Assembly (NCBI GenBank): GCA_002269645.1
Contig: NIVC01001777.1
Coordinates: forward strand, 91,429-155,428
Origin: Macrostomum lignano
Taxonomy: Eukaryota
Reading direction: 5' to 3'
DNA length: 64,000 nt
A model generated the notes under the pieces. It was given only the letters and a program-made list of their open reading frames with translations, did no database searches and was not told the DNA's origin. The translations under genes and the position numbers were made by a program. Positions 46,350-59,400 of this stretch are shown one piece after another (positions within the stretch are counted from its first letter, which is position 1; each line of letters begins with the position of its first letter).

Positions 46350-49300
46350 AGAAGAAGAGAGACGGACAAGAGAAGAAAGGCAGAGAGGGAAGAAGATGGA
46401 GGCAGAGAAGCGAGGACAGGACAGATGAAAGAAGGAGACGAAGGTATATAGAGATAGAAAAGGGAAAGTATACGGGGAGAGTAGGCATGAAAATTAGAAA
46501 GAGGGAAGGGAGGAAGAGAGAAAAATAGGAGGGAAACAGACAGGAGGAGAGAGGCAGACAGGTAAGGAGAGAGGCAGACAGGTAAGGAGAGATGCAGATA
46601 GATGAAGGAGAGGCAGACAGGTAAGGAGAGATGCAGATAGATGAAGGAGAGGCAGACAGGTAAGGAGAGATGCAGATAGATGAAGGAGAGGCAGACAGGT
46701 AAGGAGAGATGCAGATAGATGAAGGAGAGGCAGACAGGTAAGGAGAGATGCAGATAGATGAAGGAGAGGCAGACAGGTAAGGAGAGATGCAGATAGATGA
46801 AGGAGAGGCAGACAGGTAAGGAGAGATGCAGATAGATGAAGGAGAGGCAGACAGGTAAGGAGAGATGCAGATAGATGAAGGAGAGGCAGACAGGTAAGGA
46901 GAGATGCAGATAGATGAAGGAGAGGCAGACAGGTAAGGAGAGATGCAGATAGATGAAGGAGAGGCAGACAGGTAAGGAGAGATGCAGATAGATGAAGGAG
47001 AGGCAGACAGGTAAGGAGAGATGCAGATAGATGAAGGAGAGGCAGACAGGTAAGGAGAGATGCAGATAGATGAAGGAGAGGCAGACAGGTAAGGAGAGAT
47101 GCAGATAGATGAAGGAGAGGCAGACAGGTAAGGAGAGATGCAGATAGATGAAGGAGAGGCAGACAGGTAAGGAGAGATGCAGATAGATGAAGGAGAGGCA
47201 GACAGGTAAGGAGAGATGCAGATAGATGAAGGAGAGGCAGACAGGTAAGGAGAGATGCAGATAGATGAAGGAGAGGCAGACAGGTAAGGAGAGAGGCAGG
47301 CAGGAGAAGGAGAGAGGCAGACAGGAGAAGGAGAGATGCAGATAGATGAAGGAGAGGCAGACAGGTAAGGAGAGATGCAGATAGATGAAGGAGAGGCAGA
47401 CAGGTAAGGAGAGATGCAGATAGATGAAGGAGAGGCAGACAGGTAAGGAGAGATGCAGATAGATGAAGGAGAGGCAGACAGGTAAGGAGAGATGCAGATA
47501 GATGAAGGAGAGGCAGACAGGTAAGGAGAGATGCAGATAGATGAAGGAGAGGCAGACAGGTAAGGAGAGAGGCAGGCAGGAGAAGGAGAGAGGCAGACAG
47601 GAGAAGGAGAGATGCAGATAGATGAAGGAGAGGCAGACAGGTAAGGAGAGATGCAGATAGATGAAGGAGAGGCAGACAGGTAAGGAGAGATGCAGATAGA
47701 TGAAGGAGAGGCAGACAGGTAAGGAGAGATGCAGATAGATGAAGGAGAGGCAGACAGGTAAGGAGAGATGCAGATAGATGAAGGAGAGGCAGACAGGTAA
47801 GGAGAGATGCAGATAGATGAAGGAGAGGCAGACAGGTAAGGAGAGATGCAGATAGATGAAGGAGAGGCAGACAGGTAAGGAGAGATGCAGATAGATGAAG
47901 GAGAGGCAGACAGGTAAGGAGAGATGCAGATAGATGAAGGAGAGGCAGACAGGTAAGGAGAGATGCAGATAGATGAAGGAGAGGCAGACAGGTAAGGAGA
48001 GATGCAGATAGATGAAGGAGAGGCAGACAGGTAAGGAGAGATGCAGATAGATGAAGGAGAGGCAGACAGGTAAGGAGAGATGCAGATAGATGAAGGAGAG
48101 GCAGACAGGTAAGGAGAGATGCAGATAGATGAAGGAGAGGCAGACAGGTAAGGAGAGATGCAGACAGGTAAGGAGAGATGCAGATAGATGAAGGAGAGGC
48201 AGACAGGTAAGGAGAGATGCAGACAGGTAAGGAGAGAGGCAGACAGGTAAGGAGAGATGCAGACAGGTAAGGAGAGATGCACACAGGAGAAGGAGAGAGG
48301 CAGACAGATGAATGAGAGAGGCAGACAGGAGAAGGAGAGAGGCAGACAGGAGAAGGAGAGAGGCAGGCAGGAGAAGGAGAGATGCAGACAGGAGAAGGAG
48401 AGAGGCAGGCAGGAGAAGGAGAGAGGCAGACAGGAGAAGGAGAGATGCAGATAGATGAAGGAGAGGCAGACAGGTAAGGAGAGATGCAGATAGATGAAGG
48501 AGAGGCAGACAGGTAAGGAGAGATGCACACAGGAGAAGGAGAGAGGCAGACAGAAGAAGGAGAGATGCACACAGGAGAAGGAGAGAGGCAGACAGGAGAA
48601 GGAGAGAGGCAGACAGGAGAAGGAGAGAGGCAGACAGGAGAAGGAGAGAGGCAGACAGGAGAAGGAGAGAGGCAGGCAGGAGAAGGAGAGAGGCAGACAG
48701 GAGAAGGAGAGATGCAGATAGATGAAGGAGAGGCAGACAGGTAAGGAGAGATGCAGATAGATGAAGGAGAGGCAGACAGGTAAGGAGAGAGGCAGACAGG
48801 AGAAGGAGAGAGGCAGGCAGGAGAAGGAGAGAGGCAGACAGGAGAAGGAGAGATGCAGATAGATGAAGGAGAGGCAGACAGGTAAGGAGAGATGCAGATA
48901 GATGAAGGAGAGGCAGACAGGTAAGGAGAGAGGCAGACAGGTAAGGAGAGATGCAGATAGATGAAGGAGAGGCAGACAGGTAAGGAGAGATGCAGACAGG
49001 TAAGGAGAGATGCAGATAGATGAAGGAGAGGCAGACAGGTAAGGAGAGATGCAGACAGGTAAGGAGAGATGCAGATAGATGAAGGAGAGGCAGACAGGTA
49101 AGGAGAGATGCAGACAGGTAAGGAGAGATGCACACAGGAGAAGGAGAGAGGCAGACAGATGAAGGAGAGAGGCAGACAGGTAAGGAGGGAGGCAGATAGA
49201 TGAAGGAGAGAGGCAGACAGAAAAAGGAGAGATGCAGACAGGTAAGGAGAGATGCAGATAGATGAAGGAGAGGCAGACAGGTAAGGAGAGATGCAGACAG

Positions 49301-49640
49301 GTAAGGAGAGATGCAGATAGATGAAGGAGAGGCAGACAGGTAAGGAGAGATGCAGACAGGTAAGGAGAGATGCACACAGGAGAAGGAGAGAGGCAGACAG
49401 ATGAAGGAGAGAGGCAGACAGGTAAGGAGGGAGGCAGATAGATGAAGGAGAGAGGCAGACAGAAAAAGGAGAGAGGCAGACAGGAGAAGGAGAGATGCAC
49501 ACAGGAGAAGGAGAGAGGCAGACAGATGAAGGAGAGAGGCAGACAGGTAAGGAGGGAGGCAGATAGATGAAGGAGAGAGGCAGACAGAAAAAGGAGAGAG
49601 GCAGGCAGGAGGACAGGTAGGAGAAGGAGAGAGGCAGACA
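46350..49640. repeat. 3.3-kb composite 39-bp/21-bp purine-rich minisatellite
   Basis: 39-bp unit GAGAGGCAGACAGGTAAGGAGAGATGCAGATAGATGAAG and 21-bp unit AGAAGGAGAGAGGCAGACAGG. Explains the three >1000-aa ORFs. Confidence 0.97.
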
Positions 49641-50379
49641 GTAGGGGAGAGGCAGACAGGAGAAGTAGAGACGTGTAGGTGTGATAAAGAGACAGGGCAG
49701 TGAGGCAACTCTGCAGTGAGTTATGCAGAGCCCAAGTCCTGAGAGGAAAAGGCAGCAACGGCTTTAATTTTCTTCTCCAGTTGATGCTTTTAGCAGAAGC
49801 CGTAAAAATAAAATTCGAAGAGCGCGGACTCCGCCCAGCCTCTGAATTATCTTTGACAAGTCAGATTGAAAAATCACTTTTTCTGGTTAACTCTGACCCT
49901 ATAATCCCACACGTGTCAGTTGTCCGTTAGTCACGAACCAAGGCTTGATTGACATTTGCCCTGTAGCTACATGTATCGAAGAAATGAGTCCATGGGCTTT
50001 TATATAATCCATCACGCAATATGCCATATTTGCTGCAGGTAACTGAAATCCCTTGACAAATGAAATTGAAATTATATTTTTCAATTTTGAGTTCAATTCT
50101 TATAAGTTTATTAGTTACCGCTCCGCAAGATAACAGCCATTTGTTATAATTTTCTAATTAAACTATCCGAGGTAAATGACTTTAATTAATAGTAGATTGA
50201 AAACAGAGTTGCTATTATATGATTTTTCGCGGTCTGCTACATTAAGCTCCAGAATTTTGTCTCCATTTCCTGTCTTTGTCTTAACACTTTCTGCTTTTGT
50301 AGATATTAATCACAATATACTAAATCTCTTAGGTTTGACCGGTATTTTAGTCTTATGTTCCTATGTACCTTCCTTAGTG

Positions 50380-50760
50380 ACCGGTGTCTGTCCCTTTTAC
50401 CTAGGCAGATATCCTTTTTACCTGTGTGTCTGTACCTTTTATCTGTGTGCCTGTGTCCTTTTTCCTGTGTGTCTGTACCTTTTACCTGTGTGCCTGTGTC
50501 CTTTTTCCTGTGTGTCTGTCCCTTTTACCTGTGTGCCTGTCTCTTACCCCTGTGTGTCTGTCTCTTACCCCTGTGTGTCTGTCTCTTACCCCTGTGTGTC
50601 TGTCTCTTACCCTTGTGTGTCTGTCTCTTACCCCTGTGTGTCTGTCTCTTACCCCTGTGTGTCTGTCTCTTACCCCTGTGTGTCTGTCTCTTACCCCTGT
50701 GTGTCTGTCTCTTACCCCTGTGTGTCTGTCCCCCTTTACCTGTGCACTTATCCCTTTTAC
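50380..50760. repeat. 21-bp minisatellite (GTGTGTCTGTCTCTTACCCCT)
   Basis: Read directly. Confidence 0.9.
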
Positions 50761-51124
50761 CCGTGTCTTTGTCTCAGCTGTCTTTATCTCTTTATCTGTC
50801 CCATCTGTGTCTCGCTCTATCTCACATTATTTCCTTTTAGCCTATTCGTACCTTCATAACCTTGCCATGAAACATTTATCACTCTTGCACCTGGCCTCCG
50901 CAGCTTCTGTTCGTGTTTATCGCGAACCCAAATTCGTGAGCAGCCATCCATGCCCGCCATCTGTCAGCTGTTGATGCAGCGATAATTTCGGAGCACGTTT
51001 TATTTTGTCAACCCGTAATCTACTCAAGAAAGCAGTTGATTTTTTGGGAAATCTTCCACATCAGCAATCGTATCCAGCATTTGGTTTTGTGCATTTAATT
51101 GTCTGGTGTGCGAGAATGCAAATG

Positions 51125-51748
51125 CAATCTACTATCAATCTACTATCAATCCACCATCAATCTACCGTCAATATATCATCAATCTACTATCAATCTACTA
51201 TCAATCTACTATCAATCTACCAGCAATCTACCAACAATCCACCATCAATCTACCAGCAATCTACCAACAATCCACCATCAATCTACCATCAATCCACCAT
51301 CAATCTACCATCAATCTACCATCAATCTACTATCAATCTACTATCAATCTACCATCAATCTACCATCAATCTACTATCAATCTACTATCAATCTACTATC
51401 AATCTACCATCAATCTACCACTAATCTACTATCAATCTACCATCAATCTACTATCAATCTACTATCAATCTACCATCAATCTACCACTAATCTACTATCA
51501 ATCTACCATCAATCTACCACTAATCTACTATCAATCTACCATCAATCTACCACTAATCTACTATCAATCTACCATCAATCTACTATCAATCTACTATCAA
51601 TCTACTATCAATCTACTATCAACCTACCAACAATCCACCATCAATCTACCATCAATCTATCATCAATCTACCATCAATCTACCATCCATCTACCATTAAT
51701 CTACCACTAATCTACTATCAATCTACCATCAATCTACTATCAATCTAC
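51125..51748. repeat. 11-bp minisatellite (ATCAATCTAC(C/T))
   Basis: Read directly; abuts the GPCR exon donor. Confidence 0.95.
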
Positions 51749-51785
51749 CAACCCCACCCCAGCGCTGCCGCATACGAGTACTCAC

Positions 51786-52146
51786 CCGTCAGCATATCAG
51801 CCAGGGCCATTGACAGCAGAATAATGTTAGTAGGGCTGACCATGTGCTTCCTGGTGAGCACAATGCAGATGAGCAGATTGGTTACCAGGGTGATAACAAT
51901 CACCGGCGGAGCCATATAGGTGCTTAGCAACACCTTGACAACATCCTGGTTAGTCCGGTCTTGCCAAGAGGTGTTGGCCGGAATCTCGTGTCCGAGAGTG
52001 CAGGCCGAGTCAGAGGTGGAAAAGTTCACCAGACGGTTTTCGCCGCGAAATGTCAGCTGGTAGGGAGCGGAGAGGCCTGCTGGCAGGCGGAGCTCGCAGG
52101 CGCACGGGGTGTTGCAGCGCATGCTTGGAGGCTCTGCGGTGGACAT
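51786..52146 (-). CDS. Same GPCR, first coding exon (N-terminus, TM1, TM2 start); intron 34885-51785 (16.9 kb)
   Basis: YMAPPVIVITLVTNLLICIVLTRKHMVSPTNIILLSMALADMLT-G then GTGAGT. The phase-1 donor matches the acceptor at 34884. An upstream acceptor at 52165 gives an open 18-nt extension, so the true start could lie further 5'. Confidence 0.88.
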
Positions 52147-52214
52147 TGCGCCGATCGGTGTGTCCTGCGGGATTCGATAGCGGCTTATGTATGTAAGGCT
52201 CTGCTCGTCTCTGT

Positions 52215-52620
52215 GGTATCTAGTTGGGACTCTGTGGGCTTTTGTGTGATTTTTATGGGATTCTGTGGGATTTTTATGGGATTCTGTGGGATTTTTATGG
52301 GATTCTGTGGGATTTTTAGGGATTCTACGGGATTCTGTGGGATTTTTAGAGATTCAACGAGATTCTGTGGGTTTTTTATGGGATTTTTTTGGGATTCGTA
52401 TGGTCTATGGGATTCGTATGGTCTATGAGATTCGTATGGTCTATGGGATTCGTATGGTCTATGGGATTCGTATGGTCTATGGAATTCGTATGGTCTATGG
52501 GATTCGTATGGTATATGGGATTCGTATGGTCTATGGAATTTGTATTGAGATTCTATGGGTTTTGTTTGCGATGCAATGAAGTTTTTATTAAGATATGATA
52601 AAATTTTTATGGGATTCTAT
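52215..52620. repeat. 21-bp and 18-bp minisatellites (GGGATTCTGTGGGATTTTTAT; GGGATTCGTATGGTCTAT)
   Basis: Read directly. Confidence 0.88.
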
Positions 52621-52869
52621 GTGATTTGTTTCCGCAGTTATTAGCACATTATCCCACAAACCGCAGTTGCCATAGCACCAGAAAACGAGACCAGTAACTC
52701 GACCCCATCAGCAATCAAGTATTTCAAGGGAAATTCAACACCGAACTTTGATGAGGAACTTTAAAGGCCGGGGAAAAACTAGGAATTTAAATGGGAATGA
52801 AAGGTGGAGGGCTTTCTTGTGCCGAATTTTTCAGCTCCCTTTTGAGTATGGCCTCATTACTGCTGGCCT

Positions 52870-53690
52870 CTGACTCCGTCTCAGTCTCAGTCTCAGTCTC
52901 AGTCTCAGTCTTCTCACTCTCAGTCCCACTTTCAGTCCACTCTCTCAGTCTCACTCTCTCAATCTCACTTGGTCTCACTCTCAGTCTCACTCTTTCAGTC
53001 TCACTCTCAGTCTCATTCTCAGTCTCGCTCTCTCACTCTCACTCTCAGTCTCAGTCTCGCTCTCTCAATCTTACTCAGTCTCACTCTTAGTCTCACTCTC
53101 AGTCTCACTCTCTCAGTCTCACTCTCTCAATCTCACTTGGTCTCACTCCCAGTCTCACTCTTTCAGTCTCACTCTCAGTCTCACTCTTTCAGTCTCACTC
53201 TCAGTCTCACTCTCTCAGTCTCACTCTCAGTCTCATTCTCAGTCTCACTCTCTCAGTCTCACTCTCAGTCTCATTCTCAGTCTCGCTCTCTCACTCTCAC
53301 TCTCAGTCTCGCTCTCTCAATCTCACTCAGTCTCACTCTTAGTCTCACTCTCTCAGTCTCACTCTCAGTCTCACTCTCTCAATCTCACTTGGTCTCACTC
53401 TCAGTCTCGCTCTCTCACTCTCACTCTCAGTCTCACTCTCTCAGTCTCACTCTCAGTCTCACTCTCTCAATCTCACTTGGTCTCACTCTCAGTCTCGCTC
53501 TCTCACTCTCACTCTCAGTCTCACTCTCTCAGTCTCACTCTCACTCTCACTCTCTCGATCTCACTCAGTCTCACTCCTAGCCTCATTTTCAGTCTTTCAC
53601 TCTCACTCTTAGTCTCCCTCTCAATTTCTCACTCTCTCACTGCCAATCTATCTCCCAGTCTCAGTCTCACTTTCTCATTCCCACTCTCAT
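52870..53690. repeat. 6/12-bp-based simple repeat (CTCAGTCTCACT)
   Basis: Read directly. Confidence 0.92.
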
Positions 53691-54104
53691 CGTCTAAGTC
53701 TGTCTATATCATTGTCCGCTTCATTTCTAACCCATTGTTCATAGATAGCAGACCCACTATTTTATAGTTTAAAGACGTGTGCATATTTCTACTTATTATT
53801 GAGCCATAAATCCACAGCCCTAACAGCGACAGGTGCTACCTGTTAACAAAAATGCAGGTCGTGGCCCTCATGCAAGTTTAAACACAATAAGCCAAATGAA
53901 TGCGAACATTCTCGGGCTGTCCCAGGAGTGGAGACAGCCAAGGTGTTAAGAGGGGAGGGCTGCTGGAGATGTACCGGCAGCGACTGAGTGGGGGGCATTC
54001 AGTTGCGATAATGATCCAGCCTATTGTGTTGGCTCGCAAAATGTCAATAAAACTTTAGGCAGAAAGCTTCCGTCAGGAGGAAAGCGGGAGTCTTAAAGTT
54101 AGAC

Positions 54105-55070
54105 TAGTGCTGAGACAGGGAGTGAGATTAGGGGTGAGACAGGGACTGAGATTAGGGGTGAGACAGGGAGTGAGATTAGGGGTGAGACAGAGAGTGAGAT
54201 TAGTGGTGAGACAGGGAGTGAAATTAGTGCTGAGACAGAGAGTGAGATTAGTGGTGAGACAGGGAGTGAGATTAGGGGTGAGACAGGGACTGAGATTAGG
54301 GGTGAGACAGGGAGTGAGATTAGGGGTGAGACAGAGAGTGAGATTAGTGGTGAGACAGGGAGTGAGATTAGTGGTGAGACAGGGAGTGAGATTAGGGGTG
54401 AGACAGGGACTGAGATTAGGGGTGAGACAGGGAGTAAGATTAGGGGTGAGACAGAGAGTGAGATTAGTGGTGAGACAGGGGTGAGATTAGTGGTGAGACA
54501 GGGAGTGAGATTAGGGGTGAGACAGGGAGTGAGATTAGGGGTGAGACAGGGAATGAGATTAGGGATGAGACAGAGAGTGAGATTAGGAATGAGAAAGGGA
54601 CTGAGATTAGGAATGAGACAGGAAGTTTTAGATTAGGAATGAGACAGGGAGTGAGATTAGGAACGAGACAGGGAGTGAGATTAGGGGTGAGACAGGAAGT
54701 TAGATTAGGAACGAGACAGGGAGTGAGATTAAGAATGAGACAGGAAGTTAGATTAGGAATGAGACAAGGAGTGAGATTACGGATGAGACAGGGAGTGAGA
54801 TTAGGGGTGAGACAGGGAGTAAGATTAGGAACGAGACAGGGAGTAAGATTAGGAACGAGACAGGGAGTGAGATTAGGAACGAGACAGGGAGTGAGATTAG
54901 GAATGAGACAGGAAGTGAGATTAGGAACGAGACAGGGAGTGAGATTAGGAATGAGACAGGGAGTGAGATTAGTGGTGAGACAGGGAGTGAGATTAGGGGT
55001 GAGACAGCGAGTGAGATAATGGATGAGACATTGAGTGCGATTTTGGATGAGACAGAGAGGGGAGATTAGG
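54105..55070. repeat. 24-bp minisatellite (GTGAGATTAGGGGTGAGACAGGGA)
   Basis: About 40 copies. Confidence 0.95.
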
Positions 55071-55589
55071 AATTCGAATTAGATGTATGACTTAGAAGAG
55101 CCTCGTGACTGCAGACACGCAGGTCTTGAATATTTCAGGAGCGCCGCGTCCGTCTCAGTGATCGTGTTTTGAATTTCAATAATAGGCAAAATCCTCTCTG
55201 TGTTTCCCTTCATCAAAGCGCTGATCTGTGCATATTGCGCCAGGCGCCAATGTCGCTGAAAATTTGGGCAGAAAAATCGACTGCCCATCTTTTAGGCCAC
55301 CGCATCTGCTATTTTGTCAGATGGGCAACAGCCATGCTCTGATGCTAATGCGGATTCCTCCCTACTGAACTGTCCATAGAAACCTGGCTTTAAATTCTTG
55401 TTACTTCAAGATAAAAGCCTATCAGTCTGTGTTGCGTCTCGTATCCTAAAAGATCATTCTTGACTCTTAGGCATTAACTTTATGGCCGCGTTCATTGGCT
55501 TGTAGTTTGCTGCTGCTTTTGATGCAGAATAGACTGGGTTTAATGCCCCCCCGCGCTTTGACTCTGGACATTTCACTGCGTTCTCGCCA

Positions 55590-56370
55590 CCTCCCTGCTT
55601 TTCCAGCTCCCCTTTCTTCCCTTATCTCTCCCCTCTCTCCCCTGTGTGACCTCTCTTCCCACTATACCCCCTCTCTCCTCTGTCCCCTCTTTACCCTCTA
55701 ATCCCTTACCTTTTTTCCCCTCTTTACCCTCTTTCCCATCTGTCCCCTCTTTACCCTCTAATCCCTTACCTTTTTCCCCTCTTTACCCTCTTTCCCATCT
55801 GTCCCCCCTTTACCCTATTTCCCATCTGTCCCCCCTTTACCCTCTTTCCCATCTGTCCCCCCTTTACCCTATTTCCCATCTGTCCCCCCTTTACCCTCTT
55901 TCCCATCTGTCCCCTCTTCACCCTCTACCCATCTTTCCCCTCTTTACCCTCTAATCCCTTACCTTTTTCCCCTCTTTACCCTCTTTCCCATCTGTCCCCT
56001 CTTTACCCTCTAATCCCTCACCTTTTTCCCCTCTTTACCCTCTTTCCCATCTTTCCCCTCTTTACCCTCTAATCCCTTACCTTTTTCCCCTCTTTACCCT
56101 CTTTCCCATCTGTCCCCTCTTTACCTTCTAATCCCTTACCTTTTTTCCCCTCTTTACCCTCTTTCCCATCTGTCCCCCCTTTACCCTCTTTCCCATCTGT
56201 CCCCTCTTTACCCTCTACCCATCTTTCCCCTCTTTCCCCTCTAACCCATCTGTCCCCTCTCTCCCCTCTGTGCCCTCTCTCTTCCCTCTTTCTCCTATTC
56301 ACCCTCCCCTCCCTTCTCTCTCTCTTCCCTCTGTTCCCTCTTTACCCTCTGTCCCCTCTCTCCCTCTGTC
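55590..56370. repeat. Pyrimidine-rich minisatellite (CCCTCTTTACC / TTCCCATCTGTC)
   Basis: Read directly. Confidence 0.9.
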
Positions 56371-56974
56371 CTAGTCCTCGGTAAAGCAGTTTTTCAACTT
56401 CTATTTTCCCTCTTAACCAGCTGGAACATCTGTTTTGAGCATTGTTAACAGAAAATTTCTCTCATCTCAACTTCATGATTATGCCCTTTATCCCCTACAA
56501 TTTTAAGTACATTTACCATTTAATTATGTGTCTGTTTCCACCAGATTTATAGATTTCCTAATTCCCCTCAGATGGAGTTGAGTGTTGATAATTTGTTTAC
56601 TATATTATTAGGTCAAACTCAGTTATAAAAGCTAAAAAATTGCTTTAACAGAAAAAACAAGTTCCTGTGCCTGAGACAGCTTGGCGTTTTCATTAGAAAT
56701 AAGATGAAAGTCGAATAATCAAATTATATTGCAACATGAATTTTTGTCTCGACAGCAAATTATAGCTGGTCTTGCAATCATCAACTGTCAAGTTCAATAA
56801 ATCAATTTGAATGGCAATAAGAGGCGCCCTTGCTCTCGAAAGCATGCAGTTTTACTCATACTTGCAAAAAGCAGAAAAGTTGACACGAAACAAAGTTGAA
56901 AATATTTTGCTGCAACTTTTTTATTCTAATGCTCGTTTCCCAATTGGACAGCTATGACTATGGCACTCTCTACT

Positions 56975-58045
56975 GCCTTTCTCTGCCTCTCTTTCTCCGC
57001 CTCTTTCTCTGCCTCTCTCTTTCTCCGCCTCTCTTTCTCCGCCTCTCTTTCTCCGCCTCTCTTTCTCCGCCTCTCTCTCTCCGCCTCTTTCTCTGCCTCT
57101 CTCTTTCTCCGCCTCTCTTTCTCTGCCTCTCTCTTTCTCCGCCTCTCTTTCTCCGCCTCTCTTTCTCCGCCTCTCTTTCTCCGCCTCTCTTTCTCTACCT
57201 CTCTTTCTCTGCCTCTCTTTCTCTGCCTCTCTTTCTCTGCCTCTCTTTCTCCGCCTCTCTTTCTCCGCCTCTCTTTCTCTACCTCTCTTTCTCTGCCTCT
57301 CTTTCTCTGCCTCTCTTTCTCTGCCTCTCTTTCTCCGCCTCTTTCTCTGCCTCTCTCTTTCTCCGCCTCTCTTTCTCCGCCTCTCTTTCTCCGCCTCTCT
57401 TTCTCTGCCTCTCTCTTTCTCCGCCTCTCTTTCTCTGCCTCTCTCTTTCTCCGCCTCTCTTTTTCCGCCTCTCTTTCTCCGCTTCTCTTTCTCCGCCTCT
57501 CTTTCTCCGCCTCTCTTTCTCCTCCTCTCTTTCTCCTCCTCTCTTTCTCCGCCTCTCTTTCTCCTCCTCTCTTTCTCCGCCTCTCTTTCTCCGCCTCTCT
57601 TTCTCCGCCTCTCTTTCTCCTCCTCTCTTTCTCCTCCTCTCTTTCTCCGCCTCTTTCTCTGCCTCTCTTTCTCCGCCTCTCTCTTTCTCCGCCTCTCTCT
57701 TTCTCCGCCTCTCTCTTTCTCCGCCTCTCTTTCTCCGCCTCTCTTTCTCCTCCTCTCTTTCTCCTCCTCTCTTTCTCTGCCTCTCTTTCTCCGCCTCTCT
57801 TTCTCCTCCTCTCTTTCTCCTCCTCTCTTTCTCCGCCTCTCTCTTTCTCCCCCTCTCTTTCTCCTCCTCTCTTTCTCCCCCTCTCCTTCTCCCCCTCTCT
57901 TTCTCCCCCTCTCTTTCTCCCCCTCTCTTTCTCCCCTCTCTTTCTCCGCCTCTCTCTCTCTCCCTCTCTTTCTCCCCCTCTCTTTCTCCCCCTCTCTTTC
58001 CCCCCTCTCTTTTTCCCCTCTCTTTCTCCCCCTCTCTTTTTCCCC
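56975..58045. repeat. Pyrimidine-rich 14-16-bp minisatellite (CTCTTTCTCCGCCT)
   Basis: Read directly; explains the ORFs at 56896-58134. Confidence 0.93.
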
Positions 58046-58679
58046 CTCTTCTTTCGTTTCCAGTTCGCACTCTCTCTGCTCTGAGAAGCAGCCGACAGCA
58101 CAGTCAAGCGTGAGAAACTCACCCGTGAAACCAAGTATTTATCAGATTAATGGGATATCTTAAACAATAAAACCAAAACGAGATTTTCCAGTGGTTGGTT
58201 CGACTTTTATTTATCAAAGCTGTCGTTAGTCTGGCGTTATCGCACAGTGGTGTTCTCGAAGGTGCTGCCGCGTCTGGGGTTCTGCATGCATGCGCCCGAT
58301 ATTCAAGCAGTTATATCTCTCTCCCCCTTCCCCATAAGCGAAACGGTTGCTATGGGGTGGGGAGGTCGAGATTTGGGGAAGAGGGTCTTATCCAATAGAA
58401 GGCATCGGATTGAACTAATGGTCTGTAGGCCTTGAAGGAGTCAGCCGTGTATAGGCGATAAGATCAGGGGCACTCGAGTCCGGCGCAAAAACTTTGCGAT
58501 GAAATTTGCGGAGATTTTGTTGGAAATTTATGGCCGAATTTTTTGATAAAAAATTACTTGCGAGTAGCAAGCAGTGGTGCCTATAGAGAGAAAAGCAGAT
58601 AATAGTAGAAAGAGATGAGAGTAAGAGAGAGTAGATAAAATATGGTACTGCAAACAATTGTAGAGCTAAGGTAGAAGGA

Positions 58680-59400
58680 GTGAGCAGAGCAGATGGTAGA
58701 CCAAAAACGGAGGAGAGCAGAGTAGATGGTAGAGTAGAGACGGAGGAGGGTAGAGTAGATGGTAGAGTAGAGACGGAGGAGGGTAGAGTAGATGGTAGAG
58801 TAGAGACGGAGGAGGGTAGAGTAGATTGTAGAGTAGAGACGGAGGAGGGTAGAGTAGATGGTAGAGTAGAGACGGAGGAGGGTAGAGTAGATTGTAGAGT
58901 AGAGACGGAGGAGGGTAGAGTAGATTGTAGAGTAGAGACGGAGGAGGGTAGAGTAGATTGTAGAGTAGAGACGGAGGAGGGTAGAGTAGATTGTAGAGTA
59001 GAGACGGAGGAGGGTAGAGTAGAGACGGAGGAGGGTAGAGTAGATTGTAGAGTAGAGACGGAGGAGGGTAGAGTAGATTGTAGAGTAGAGACGGAGGAGG
59101 GTAGAGTAGAGACGGAGGAGGGTAGAGTAGAGTTGGAGGAGGGTAGGCTAGATGGTAGAGTAGAGACGGAGGAGGGTAGAGTAGATTGTAGAGTAGAGAC
59201 GGAGGAGGGTAGAGTAGATTGTAGAGTAGAGACGGAGGAGGGTAGAGTAGATTGTAGAGTAGAGACGGAGGAGGGTAGAGTAGAGTTGGAGGAGGGTAGG
59301 CTAGATGGTAGAGTAGAGACGGAGGAGGGTAGAGTATATGGTAGAGTAGAGACGCAGAAAAGAGTAGACTAGATGGTAGAGTAGAGTACACTAGAGCAGA
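58680..59400. repeat. 33-bp minisatellite (GGTAGAGTAGAGACGGAGGAGGGTAGAGTAGAT)
   Basis: Read directly. Confidence 0.93.

Noticed and set aside
46298-49758. Three >1000-aa ORFs
   Set aside because: They are translations of a 39/21-bp minisatellite that lacks stops on one strand; all three frames are open and there is no domain.
55079-55288. 69-aa ORF between arrays, and short ORFs at 61075-61404 and 63435-63860
   Set aside because: No recognisable domain or supporting splice structure.
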